This document shows, piece after piece, positions 18,868 through 28,400 of a stretch of 64,000 nt of DNA. Origin of the DNA: Spirochaetota bacterium (GTDB lineage Bacteria; Spirochaetota; UBA4802; UBA5550); contig QKCL01000048.1 in NCBI GenBank assembly GCA_003246895.1, positions 55,019 to 119,018 on the forward strand, read 5' to 3'. Position numbers and translations under genes: made by a program. The notes under the pieces are model-generated. The model had not been told where the DNA came from and ran no database searches. It saw only the letters and a program-made list of their open reading frames with translations. Position 1 is the first letter of the stretch, and the number at the start of each line of letters is the position of its first letter.

Positions 18868-19661
18868 ACGACAGAGATGACAGAAATATAATTGCAGACC
18901 CATGGGGTTTTTTGAAGGAGTTTACAAACGGAAGAATTGCCCTCGGAAGAACGGGGTCTTCTTTGCCCACGAAAGAATTTCTTGATTTTAAACTCTGCCA
19001 TTCAAAGGCAAGGGATGCGGTTAAGCTCCCCCTTGATTTTGAAGATATTAAAAGGCGCCTGGATCAGGACTGCAACGAGTACTCAATGATACTTAAAAGC
19101 CGGGCACAGGACAGAAAGGAATACCTGAAAAGACCTGACCTGGGAAGGCTCCTGTCTGAAGAGTCCGAGGAGATGGTAAAGGGCGTGAGGCAGAAGGATG
19201 GTTTTGACATTGCACTTGTTGTGGCTGACGGGCTTTCTGCGAACGCAATCGATACAAATCTGGTGCCTTTTCTCAGAATGCTCCTGCCGGGTCTGAGAGA
19301 AAAGGGCTATACCATGCCTCCTGTTTTTCTTGTGGAGCAGGGAAGGGTGGCAGTTGCAGATGATGTGGCTGAATTTGTGGGCGCAAGGCTTGCTGTTATT
19401 TTTGTAGGAGAAAGGCCCGGCCTTAAATCTCCAGACAGCATGGGCATATATATGACCTATGATGCAAAGAGAGGTTCTCTGGAATCGAGCAGAAACTGCA
19501 TTTCCAATATCAGACCTGAAGGCATGTCCTATACGGCAGGAGTGTCCAAACTCAAATTTCTCATCGATAAGTCACTGAGACTTCAGCTTTCAGGAGTAAA
19601 CCTCAAGGACGACCAGGAGAACGAGGAACTTGCAGACCCCATGGTGAAAAAAATAAACTGA
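18864..19661 (+). CDS. eutC: Ethanolamine ammonia-lyase small subunit
   Basis: YLKRPDLGR, ADGLSA, GERPGL and RNCISNI. Confidence 0.96.
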   Translation: MNDRDDRNIIADPWGFLKEFTNGRIALGRTGSSLPTKEFLDFKLCHSKARDAVKLPLDFEDIKRRLDQDCNEYSMILKSRAQDRKEYLKRPDLGRLLSEESEEMVKGVRQKDGFDIALVVADGLSANAIDTNLVPFLRMLLPGLREKGYTMPPVFLVEQGRVAVADDVAEFVGARLAVIFVGERPGLKSPDSMGIYMTYDAKRGSLESSRNCISNIRPEGMSYTAGVSKLKFLIDKSLRLQLSGVNLKDDQENEELADPMVKKIN

Positions 19662-20174
19662 TATTATTTTATAAATAATGGTGATTATCGTAAAATCTGA
19701 TGTTGTCATGGAATCTGCGGCACATTAGATTTTATGAGACAGCATCCGGAGCAGAAATAAAATAATTTTCAGGTCAAAATACAGGTGCCGTAGTAATCCT
19801 CTTTATTAAAACTATTTGTTCCCCAAAGAAACAGGACACTGGCTGTAGTTTAAAATATCAGGTTTTTTATTAAGTATAAAGCCGAACCCGGTAAGTTTAT
19901 CTCTGTCTAACCTTCTGTTATTCGGCATTGAAATTAATGAATTGATTAATTAGGTTAATAATATATTAATTAAACTGTTATTTGATTTTTTTTTCTAATT
20001 AGGCTTGAATATATTAACGGGGTGATTGTATTGGTTACAGGGAGTTTTAATTGTTCTTCACATTGACAGTTTGATACTTCCGGCTTCGGGAGCACTTTAT
20101 AGCGGCAGAAAAGTTTTCAAGAAATACATTTTATATAAAATATTGTATATTAATATGGAAGGTTCAGTTCTGGC

Positions 20175-21626
20175 ATGAAAAATTTAAACAGTTTAAGCAT
20201 TGATGAATATGACTACAGGCCCAAAGAGGAGTGTGGTGTATTCGGGATTTATGGGAATGAGCATGCTGCAAACTTAACATATCTGGGACTCTATTCCCTG
20301 CAGCACAGGGGGCAGGAATCTGCCGGTATTGCTTCTTCAGATGGAGAGCATATTTACAGATATGCGGGTATGGGTGAAGTAAATGCCATTTTTACACAGG
20401 AGCATATTGATAATCTTGAAGGCTACATGGCCATCGGTCATAACAGGTATTCAACAACAGGCTCATCTTTTCTGAGAAATGCCCAGCCTTTCCGTGCTTC
20501 ATCAGTACTGGGGCCCATTGTTCTCTCTCATAATGGTAATCTCACTAATGCCGGAACCATAAGGTTTGAGCTGGAGAAGATGGGGCATATTTTTCAGACT
20601 ACTATTGATTCCGAAGTGGTTGTCCATTTGATGGCAAAATCCGGAAAGAGCGATTTTCTTGAAGCGCTGAAGTTTGCGCTGTTAAAAATAAAGGGTGCAT
20701 ATTCACTGCTTGTAATGAGCAGGGAGAGGGTCTTTGCTGTGAGAGATCCATACGGTTTCAGACCCATGTGTCTCGGCAAACTCGGAGAGGCCTATGTGGT
20801 GGCTTCAGAGACCTGCGCTTTCGATATAATAGGGGCGGAGTATGTGAGGGATGTAAAACCGGGAGAGCTCATTGAAATCGGCCCAAATGGAATCAAGTCA
20901 CACTTTCCGTTTGCTGAAACCTCTGAATCACTTTGTGTTTTCGAATATATCTATTTTTCAAGACCCGACAGTATTATTTTCGGAGAATCTGTTTACGAGA
21001 TGAGAATGCAGATGGGCAGAAAACTCGCCCAGGATTCACCGGTTGAGGCTGATATCGTTGTGCCTATCCCGGATTCTTCAAATTGTGCCGCTCTCGGTTT
21101 TTCCAAGGAGTCCGGTATTCCATTTGAACTTGCCATGGTGAGGAGTCATTATATAGGAAGAACTTTTATTGAACCAACACAGAGAATAAGGGATCTTGGT
21201 GTAAAGCTCAAGTTCAATGTTGTGAAATCTGTTGTTGAGGGCAAGAGGGTTGTAGTTGTTGATGATTCAATCATGCGCGGAACAACCATGAGAAAAATTA
21301 TAAAGATGTTTAAGAATGCAGGTGCAAAAGAGGTCCATGTGAGGATATCTGCTCCTCCGACACTTTTCCCATGTTTCTATGGAATAGACATTCCAACTCA
21401 CAGTGAACTTATTGCGGCAACCCATACAATTGAAGAAATCAGAAAGTATCTCAGGGTTGACTCCATTGAATATATGTCCATCGATTCATTGATAAGCTCC
21501 ATAGACAGACCATGCAAGAAGTTCTGTACAGCCTGTTTTGACGGAAATTATCCCTGCAAACTTGAAGATGACAGCACAGAAGGACTGAAATTTAAGTTTG
21601 ATGAAGGCAATGGTGATTACTATTGA
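20175..21626 (+). CDS. purF: Amidophosphoribosyltransferase
   Basis: EECGVFG, LQHRGQESAG, VVVDDSIMRGTT, PCFYGID and FCTACF. Confidence 0.97.
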   Translation: MKNLNSLSIDEYDYRPKEECGVFGIYGNEHAANLTYLGLYSLQHRGQESAGIASSDGEHIYRYAGMGEVNAIFTQEHIDNLEGYMAIGHNRYSTTGSSFLRNAQPFRASSVLGPIVLSHNGNLTNAGTIRFELEKMGHIFQTTIDSEVVVHLMAKSGKSDFLEALKFALLKIKGAYSLLVMSRERVFAVRDPYGFRPMCLGKLGEAYVVASETCAFDIIGAEYVRDVKPGELIEIGPNGIKSHFPFAETSESLCVFEYIYFSRPDSIIFGESVYEMRMQMGRKLAQDSPVEADIVVPIPDSSNCAALGFSKESGIPFELAMVRSHYIGRTFIEPTQRIRDLGVKLKFNVVKSVVEGKRVVVVDDSIMRGTTMRKIIKMFKNAGAKEVHVRISAPPTLFPCFYGIDIPTHSELIAATHTIEEIRKYLRVDSIEYMSIDSLISSIDRPCKKFCTACFDGNYPCKLEDDSTEGLKFKFDEGNGDYY

Positions 21627-21660
21627 TATAATTTTCAGCATATATTTATATTAACTTAAC

Positions 21661-21690
21661 AAAAGCCCGGTAAAAATTACCGGGCTTTTT
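21661..21690 (+). terminator. Intrinsic terminator after purF
   Basis: AAAAGCCCGGTAA-AAA-TTACCGGGCTTTTT. Confidence 0.85.
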
Positions 21691-21713
21691 ATTTTTTTAA
21701 AGAGGTTCTGGAT

Positions 21714-22901
21714 ATGAATACCATGACCGTAATGGAAAACAGAAACCGGAAGGATCCGGTTATAAATCTTCCTGCTGTTGTTGTTCTGACTGAATCCGGC
21801 CTTGAACACTGCAGGCTGAAATCTGTACCGGTAAAGGACATACTCTCTTTGAGGGGCAGCAGGGCAAACGGGTTCTCCTGGGGCAAGTTCAGGGCGGAAG
21901 TTGTTCAGAAGATGATCATAAACAATTTCATAGAATCCATATCTGTGGAGAAAAGTGAATTTGTCAGCAGGCGGGACGAGGTTCAGGATCTGACAAAGCT
22001 TCTCTTCTATGGAATGATATACAGATCCTATGTCACCGGAGTCAAAAGGGAGATCATGGATATGCCGCAGATGGGATCTTTGAGAACACGGTTTCCCGGG
22101 TTTAACCTGCTCAGTGAAGGAGGATGTGATAAAAAAATAATTGCCGGTTTTTTTGAACAGAACAATTACAAGGCTGAAGATATAAGAAACTCTCTCCTCT
22201 CTGTGCCGGAAATGATACTGGACAGGGATCCAAAGCTTGATACTTTCCTCAAAACAGAGCGGAAGCATGTCATGAAAAAAATGGCAGGTTTTCTTGATGG
22301 GAGCTCCCTTCTCGCAATGGCTGTTCTTTTTATGGGCAATGACAGAAGAAAGATTATGGATGGTCTTGGCAGGCATCTCCTCTCGTACCTTAAAAAAACA
22401 CATATTTCAGATTATCTCGGGCTTCTTGTTGCGGAGCTGATTCAGCATTCCGAAAGGCTGCAGTATGAGAATGTGGCCAAGAAGAGAAAGCTCATTAAGG
22501 AGAAGGATTCCATTGTAAATTATCTGAAAGACGAAAAGTTCAGGCGTGTAATCTCGCTCATGGCAAAACAGGAAAACTGTTCAATACGCCTTAATTACCG
22601 TATAGAAAACTCCGGGATTGATTCTGGTAAATTCAGGTTTATAATTTCTGTAGTTTACGATGGTACAATAAGTGAATCAAACAGAATAGGGCTGGAGAAA
22701 AGGATCCGGTCCCGGACAAACCTTTCCCTTGCAGACTATTATTATGAGAGTGATGATGATTCTCTCCAGCATTCACTGGGTATCTATTATCTGTCTTATC
22801 TTGATGATGTGTGCCGGGAGCAGGGAATCCGTTTCGATGCAAAAATATGCTGTGACCCGGACAAGGGAGAGACCGAATACCAGATCATTTTGTCTTTTTA
22901 A
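21714..22901 (+). CDS. Hypothetical protein with a degenerate GHKL/anti-sigma-kinase-like C-terminus
   Basis: 395-aa ORF with GAGG SD; GHKL-like spacing of ELIQHS, ISVVYDG, SLGIYYL and GETEYQI. Confidence 0.7.
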   Translation: MNTMTVMENRNRKDPVINLPAVVVLTESGLEHCRLKSVPVKDILSLRGSRANGFSWGKFRAEVVQKMIINNFIESISVEKSEFVSRRDEVQDLTKLLFYGMIYRSYVTGVKREIMDMPQMGSLRTRFPGFNLLSEGGCDKKIIAGFFEQNNYKAEDIRNSLLSVPEMILDRDPKLDTFLKTERKHVMKKMAGFLDGSSLLAMAVLFMGNDRRKIMDGLGRHLLSYLKKTHISDYLGLLVAELIQHSERLQYENVAKKRKLIKEKDSIVNYLKDEKFRRVISLMAKQENCSIRLNYRIENSGIDSGKFRFIISVVYDGTISESNRIGLEKRIRSRTNLSLADYYYESDDDSLQHSLGIYYLSYLDDVCREQGIRFDAKICCDPDKGETEYQIILSF

Positions 22902-22953
22902 TAATATTTACTTGACGAAATCCGGGCATTATTATTGTCTGTAAGTCCAACAC

Positions 22954-23026
22954 AGGCTACTAGCTCAATTGGTAGAGCATCGGTCTCCAAAACCGAGGGT
23001 TGGGGGTTCGAGTCCCTCGTGGCCTG
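22954..23026 (+). tRNA. trnW: tRNA-Trp (CCA)
   Basis: Acceptor stem AGGCTAC/GTGGCCT, D arm GCTC/GAGC, anticodon arm TCGGT-CTCCAAA-ACCGA, GGTTCGAGTCC T loop; 3' CCA not encoded. Confidence 0.97.
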
Positions 23027-23058
23027 CATAAGAATTTCAAACTGATTCATGTACAGTT

Positions 23059-23127
23059 AAAACCGGGTTTTCCCATCGAGATGCATAAGGCCAGGTCAGA
23101 GGCATTGTTGGAGAGTCCGGTTTTTTT
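23059..23127 (+). terminator. Long hairpin/terminator after tRNA-Trp
   Basis: AAAACCGGGTTTTCC pairs with GGAGAGTCCGGTTTT using G-U pairs, then a T run. Confidence 0.55.
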
Positions 23128-23426
23128 ATTTACTCCTTCCCGGAAAATTAATTGTTTATATATTTGGAAAACCGCTAATACTGCACTGTATTAAATAAAT
23201 TTCAATGAGATGTCTTAAGTTTTTCTTTATTAAGTTATTGTGATGTTTCGTTGATTTTTTTTAAATGTTTCTTGAATTTAACTGATCGGGAATCCCTGAT
23301 GTTTATTGCCATAGTGAAATTGCTTAAATGCAGTGAGTGACGGGCTCTCTCGGTTTAAAATTTGTGCACGCTGGCTCTCATCTGTTTAGGGAGAACGAAA
23401 ACACTTTATTGTTAAAGGTATTGAGA

Positions 23427-24041
23427 ATGATTGATGAAGGATATATAAAGTTCAGTATTGAAAGAATTGATGGTGATGACCCGGAGTTTCATGATGAACT
23501 TGTGAAGCTGAACGGAATCCGTACAAAGCTTTTTCATATGGGCCTTATAGGCATTCTTGATAACGGAATCGGTTTCGGAAATGTAAGTATCAGGGATGAA
23601 TCCAGGGGCGGGCTTTTTGTAATCAGCGGTTCCGGTACAGGAGGCCAGGAGGTTCTGGAAAACAGTGAGTACTGTACGGTACTCTCCACCAATGTTGCTG
23701 AAAACAGTCTGGTATGTACAGGGAACGTTAATGCTTCTTCTGAATCCATGAGCCACGCAGTGGTCTATGAAGCCAATGACAATGTTATGTGTGTTATCCA
23801 TGTGCATAACCTCTCAATGTTTGACTACATGCTTGAAAATAGCTATCCTCAGACACCGGTAACTGCAGCCTACGGAACACCTGAGATTGCTTTCTCCCTG
23901 AAGGAGAAGGTGATGGAAGTGGGGAGTGACCACGGGATTGTAGTAATGGCCGGGCATCAGGACGGAGTTATCGCATACGGCCCGGGTGTGGAAGATACAT
24001 TTAATCTGATTGATAAAATATATTCTCTGTCAAAATGTTAG
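23427..24041 (+). CDS. Class II aldolase/adducin family protein
   Basis: MIDEGYIKF start; GFGNVS, ASSESMSH, VIHVH, YGTPE and MAGHQDG. Confidence 0.85.
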   Translation: MIDEGYIKFSIERIDGDDPEFHDELVKLNGIRTKLFHMGLIGILDNGIGFGNVSIRDESRGGLFVISGSGTGGQEVLENSEYCTVLSTNVAENSLVCTGNVNASSESMSHAVVYEANDNVMCVIHVHNLSMFDYMLENSYPQTPVTAAYGTPEIAFSLKEKVMEVGSDHGIVVMAGHQDGVIAYGPGVEDTFNLIDKIYSLSKC

Positions 24042-24347
24042 TGTGAAAATGTTTTGTTAAACAAACATAAACTGCCTCGTATGGTTTTGGAGATAGTCAC
24101 TGTTTATTGGTTTCTGGAAATTTTATCCCAGGTTTGAGCTGATGAGTATTGTGCCCTTTTATGCCTGTTGCTAAAATTGCAGAATGATATGACAGAATAT
24201 CCTTCCGCCGTACAATAAAAATAAAGACGAAACATGGACAGGCATTGACTAACACAGGTTCATTCGTTTGAAATTTTTAAGACTTTTCTTCTTGTTTTAT
24301 TCGTCAATGTTTGGAATATGAGCATGTTCAGGTAAGGAGTGACTGAG

Positions 24348-24743
24348 TTGAACCTTTTTGCATACGGTACATTGATGTTCCCTGAAGTATGGGCAAGGGT
24401 ACTTGGGGAAGGGCATGAGGGCATTCCCGCAAGGCTCACGGGCTTTAAAAGATTCAGAATTTCAGGAGAGGACTATCCCGGAGCTGTTAAAAGCAGTGCA
24501 GATGATTTTGTCCGGGGAATTGTGTATATGAGTGTTTCTGAATCTGATATGGAGATGCTCGATCTCTATGAAGGAGAATTGTACAGGCGCGAAACTGTCA
24601 CTGTCATCACAGATGGTGGCGAATCGGTGGACTCTGTTATCTATATCATGACAGAAGGGGATGATGTTTCTTGTGATGAACCTGACTGGGATCCGGAATA
24701 TTTCAGAAGAGAAAGAATGCGGAATTTTCTTGAGACCATATAG
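24348..24743 (+). CDS. Gamma-glutamylcyclotransferase (AIG2-like)
   Basis: LFAYGTLM, DYPG and LDLYEGELY; TTG start 8 nt after AAGGAG. Confidence 0.85.
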   Translation: MNLFAYGTLMFPEVWARVLGEGHEGIPARLTGFKRFRISGEDYPGAVKSSADDFVRGIVYMSVSESDMEMLDLYEGELYRRETVTVITDGGESVDSVIYIMTEGDDVSCDEPDWDPEYFRRERMRNFLETI

Positions 24744-24804
24744 GCCCAATCGTTAGAGCTTATTTTTTTAGTATAACCGGATATTATTGATGTATGGAGG
24801 AGCG

Positions 24805-25359
24805 GTGAAAACTCCAGATGTATACACAAAGCTCCTGGAGAAAGGGGTGCTGACAACTGAAATAATTGCCACTGTAATCTATTCTTTGAACAAGAGGGCC
24901 AAAAACTGGAGGGACAGGAATCCTGATGAGTACCATAAAGCCAAAAAAGAGCGTAATCTCATTCTCATGGAAGGCAAGGGGCATCTGAATGTAGCAATTA
25001 AAAAATACAAAGTCCTTGAATATTACAGAAAGAAAGACTTTGTTCTTCTTTCTCTTTTCAGGCCCACCAAAATTCATCTCATAGATGGCGTGGAATATCT
25101 TTACTATGAAGTTTATAAATCTGATTTTCACCTTCCCGGCTATATATATGAACTTTACGGCTATGAAACCATAAACGGCCTTAAAACGGTTGAGGTAAAG
25201 GATTTCGCCACGGGCGGGGAGGAGATAACAAAACTTGTTTCAGTCCAGTTCTGTAATCGGGTAATTGATCTTATTAAAAATAATGATTTTATTCTCATAG
25301 ACGGATCCATCGCAGCAACGTCTTCAGTATTATTAAATTCCAGAAAAACAAGCAAATAG
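24805..25359 (+). CDS. Hypothetical protein, YkyB-like
   Basis: GTG after GGAGG; YSLNKRAKN...YYRKK...KIH...FHLP pattern. Confidence 0.6.
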   Translation: MKTPDVYTKLLEKGVLTTEIIATVIYSLNKRAKNWRDRNPDEYHKAKKERNLILMEGKGHLNVAIKKYKVLEYYRKKDFVLLSLFRPTKIHLIDGVEYLYYEVYKSDFHLPGYIYELYGYETINGLKTVEVKDFATGGEEITKLVSVQFCNRVIDLIKNNDFILIDGSIAATSSVLLNSRKTSK

Positions 25360-25370
25360 AAAATTTTTTA

Positions 25371-25398
25371 TTGACATAAAGTAGTCATCGGATAGAAT
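25371..25398 (+). promoter_or_regulatory. Sigma70 promoter
   Basis: TTGACA-N16-TAGAAT. Confidence 0.65.
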
Positions 25399-25427
25399 GA
25401 ATGATTTTTCAAATTTTGGAGGACTTT

Positions 25428-25607
25428 ATGGCAATACAGACAAGAAGCGTGCATGAAAGGATGAGAAGACTTCAGGCTTCTTTACAGAAGAAGGAGAAGG
25501 AGGCCAGGGTTGCCAGAGAAAAGGGAATGCATTCAACGTTTGGTAATTTGATGTGTGAGATCAGTGAATTGAAAAGAAAAGTAAGAAAGTGCCAGATGGG
25601 CTCATGA
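25428..25607 (+). CDS. Small basic helical hypothetical protein (59 aa)
   Basis: GGAGG SD, upstream promoter and downstream terminator. Confidence 0.7.
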   Translation: MAIQTRSVHERMRRLQASLQKKEKEARVAREKGMHSTFGNLMCEISELKRKVRKCQMGS

Positions 25608-25694
25608 TATATGTGTTCTCCCCGCCGGGGAGGGCATGGGAAGCTGCAAATTTTTTTTGCTGCTCTCCATGCTGTACTCTGAATCTCCGATTTG

Positions 25695-25723
25695 ATGGAC
25701 TCCCCAGGGAGTCCATTTTTTTT
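25695..25723 (+). terminator. Intrinsic terminator
   Basis: ATGGACTCCC-CA-GGGAGTCCAT followed by a T run. Confidence 0.85.
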
Positions 25724-25758
25724 ATTAATAGTTCAAATATTAATATTGACTAAATAAG

Positions 25759-25772
25759 TTAGATTTGTCTAA
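25759..25772. promoter_or_regulatory. DtxR/SirR/MntR-like operator upstream of flavodoxin
   Basis: TTAGATTTGTCTAA (TTAG-N6-CTAA), downstream of TTGACT at 25746. Confidence 0.5.
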
Positions 25773-25794
25773 TGTGCATATGGAGGACATACCT

Positions 25795-26295
25795 ATGAAA
25801 ACAATAATTATTTACGGGTCAACTCTCGGCAATACTGGTTCAGCTGCAGAGAAAATTCATGCGTTTTTTGAAGATTCTGTTCTGCTTCCTGTTAGTTCTG
25901 AATCCATCGGTCAAATATCCGGTTTTGATCTTGTCATTCTGGGGACTTCAACATGGGGCTACGGTGAGCTTCAGGATGACTGGGATAGTAATCTGAATGA
26001 ATTAATGAAAGCTAATTTTTCAGGGAAAAAGGCTGCTCTTTTTGGAATGGGAGATCAGACAGGTTATTCTGACACGTTTCTTGATGGCATGGGCATTCTT
26101 TATGAAACTCTTGAAAGTATGGGGGCTCAAATCATCGGTAAATGGTCATGTGACGGTTACAGCTTTTCAAATTCGAGGGCAGTTGTTGAAGGAGAATTCG
26201 TCGGCCTGGCACTTGATGAGGATAACGAGTCATCAAAGACAGCAGAAAGAATTTCCCGATGGGTCGATCTGGTAAAAGAAAAATTTGCACAGTAG
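25795..26295 (+). CDS. fldA: Long-chain flavodoxin
   Basis: YGSTLGNT, GTSTWGYGELQDDW, FGMGDQ and GLALDEDNE. Confidence 0.93.
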   Translation: MKTIIIYGSTLGNTGSAAEKIHAFFEDSVLLPVSSESIGQISGFDLVILGTSTWGYGELQDDWDSNLNELMKANFSGKKAALFGMGDQTGYSDTFLDGMGILYETLESMGAQIIGKWSCDGYSFSNSRAVVEGEFVGLALDEDNESSKTAERISRWVDLVKEKFAQ

Positions 26296-26309
26296 AAGCA
26301 GGAGAAAAA

Positions 26310-26654
26310 ATGAAAGTTTTTAATCATCATATATATGAATACAAAAAGGGGCTGCGCTCCCTTATTCTTCACACTATGGACTCGAAGTATCATGAGGATG
26401 CTGTAGAAAAATTAAATAGAATGGGAATATCATATATCGTAAGATATGTCAGTACCGGCAAGATAAATATATTTTTCGGAAATCCATCCTGTATCAGGGT
26501 TCTTGAACTTATCGGCGACAAGTCACTGTCCGAGTTTACAGTTGAGGAAGACTTTGTCCTTGGAACAATGCTTGGATATGGCCTTGTTCAGCAATGCGAC
26601 AGATTTATCAGAAACATGTCCGTGACTTTGAGAGAAGTAAAAAAGATTTCATAA
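26310..26654 (+). CDS. DUF2023 family protein
   Basis: HHIYEYKKGLR, INIFFG and EEDFVLGTMLGY; a usual partner of flavodoxin. Confidence 0.88.
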   Translation: MKVFNHHIYEYKKGLRSLILHTMDSKYHEDAVEKLNRMGISYIVRYVSTGKINIFFGNPSCIRVLELIGDKSLSEFTVEEDFVLGTMLGYGLVQQCDRFIRNMSVTLREVKKIS

Positions 26655-26889
26655 CCCTCACTCTGTTTTATCCGGGAAGTGGAATGAACACTTAAGTTAA
26701 CAATACCATGCTTATTATAAAGTTATGGCAATGTTAATTTTTATTATAAACCTTTCAGCGTATACAGTTTTTAAAATACATTTGACTCATTTATTTTTAC
26801 TTATATACTTTCTACATCTTTTCAATCAGGAACCTTCCCCGTTTGTTGATAAAAAGAAATTACTATCTTAAATGAGAGGTATTATAATC

Positions 26890-28383
26890 ATGAATAGCAC
26901 CATTTCGGTAATAGTTACATTTATTGCCTACCTGGTCATTATGCTTATGATAGGGTTGTGGGCATACAGAAAAACATCAAGTTCTTCAGATTATTTTTTG
27001 GGTGGACGTACACTTGGCCCCTGGCCGGCTGCGCTCTCTGCCGGAGCTTCAGACATGAGCGGATGGCTTCTTCTTGGACTGCCCGGGTATGCATATGCTT
27101 CGGGACTTGAGTCCATATGGATAGCAGCAGGGCTTCTTGTGGGAACATGGGCTAACTGGTTAATAAGTGCAAAGAGGCTGAGGACCTTTACCATAGTAGC
27201 AGATGACTCATTAACAATTCCTGAATTTCTTTCCAGAAGATTTGAGGACAAGACAAATTTGATACAGAGTATTTCGGCATTTTTTATTCTTCTGTTCTTT
27301 CTTTTCTATACCAGTTCCGGTCTTGTTGCTGGAGGAAAGCTCTTTGAAACAGTCTTCGGGCTGGATTACCGTTACGCCGTAGTAGTCGGAACTGTCTGTA
27401 TCGTATCCTACACCATGATAGGCGGGTTCCTTGCTGTGTCATGGACTGATGTGGTGCAGGGATTGTTAATGGCAGCTGCACTTCTGATAGTGCCTGTTGC
27501 GGCTCTTCAGGGAAGTTTTTCCGGGATCGCTGAAAAACTCGGAAATATAAATCCTCACCTGCTGACAGTTTTTCATGATGTAAAGGGTAAGCCGCTTTCA
27601 GTAATAGCGATTGTTTCGCTGGTTGCATGGGGACTTGGGTATTTTGGTCAGCCCCATATTCTTGCCAGATTCAAGGCCACCAGAAGCAACAGGGATCTTG
27701 ATACAGCCAGAAGAATTGCAGTGACCTGGACAGGTGTTTCAATGGGGGGAGCAATACTTGTGGGTCTTGCAGGACTGCTCTTCGTGAATAACAATTCCAC
27801 TGTGAGCCTTGCAGATGGAGAGAAGATATTCATGGTTCTGGTAAATGCAATGTTCCATCCTGTGGTGGCGGGGATTCTCCTTGCGGCAATACTCGCTGCA
27901 ATCATGAGTACTGCGGATTCGCAGCTTCTTGTTTCATCCTCCGCCCTTGCAGAGGACTTTTATAAAAAGGTAATCAGGCCTGATGCCCGCACAGGAGAGG
28001 TCGTTTTCGTGGGCAGGATTTCCGTAATCACAATTTCAATAATTGCACTTGTTCTTGCCATGAATCCGGAGAGTTCTGTGCTGGGGCTTGTTTCCTATGC
28101 ATGGGCAGGTTTCGGAGCGGCTTTCGGTCCTGTACTTCTTCTGAGTCTTTACTGGAGGAACATGAACAGATTCGGAGCTCTGGCCGGTATCATAACAGGT
28201 GGGCTCACTGTTGTAATATGGAAAAAGTTAAACGGCGGGATTTTCGATCTTTACGAAATAGTTCCCGGAATAATTTTTTCATTCATTGCGGTTATTGCAG
28301 TGAGTATCATCACCGGGAAACCTTCCGAGAATACCCTGAATCTTTTTGAAAAATTCAGGACTGCTCTTGAAAAGGAAATATAA
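26890..28383 (+). CDS. putP: Sodium/proline symporter
   Basis: DYFLGGR, ALSAGASDMSGWLLLGLPG, GYFGQPHIL and AAIMSTADSQLL. Confidence 0.95.
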   Translation: MNSTISVIVTFIAYLVIMLMIGLWAYRKTSSSSDYFLGGRTLGPWPAALSAGASDMSGWLLLGLPGYAYASGLESIWIAAGLLVGTWANWLISAKRLRTFTIVADDSLTIPEFLSRRFEDKTNLIQSISAFFILLFFLFYTSSGLVAGGKLFETVFGLDYRYAVVVGTVCIVSYTMIGGFLAVSWTDVVQGLLMAAALLIVPVAALQGSFSGIAEKLGNINPHLLTVFHDVKGKPLSVIAIVSLVAWGLGYFGQPHILARFKATRSNRDLDTARRIAVTWTGVSMGGAILVGLAGLLFVNNNSTVSLADGEKIFMVLVNAMFHPVVAGILLAAILAAIMSTADSQLLVSSSALAEDFYKKVIRPDARTGEVVFVGRISVITISIIALVLAMNPESSVLGLVSYAWAGFGAAFGPVLLLSLYWRNMNRFGALAGIITGGLTVVIWKKLNGGIFDLYEIVPGIIFSFIAVIAVSIITGKPSENTLNLFEKFRTALEKEI

Positions 28384-28400
28384 AAAATAATTCATAATTG

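Noticed and set aside
19990-20174. Purine or ZTP riboswitch upstream of purF
   Set aside because: No matching consensus elements; only a small hairpin
22954-23026. tRNA-Trp as an integration site or a UGA-suppressor variant
   Set aside because: No integrase and no duplicated tRNA 3' end seen in the window; standard C11-G24 pair, 5-bp anticodon stem and CCA anticodon
24068-24240. CTGATGAG...GAAA (hammerhead) and TAAACTGC...GCTGATGA (fluoride riboswitch) fragments
   Set aside because: Hammerhead stem II does not close onto GAAA; the fluoride 5' GGNGATGG element is missing and the spacing is wrong
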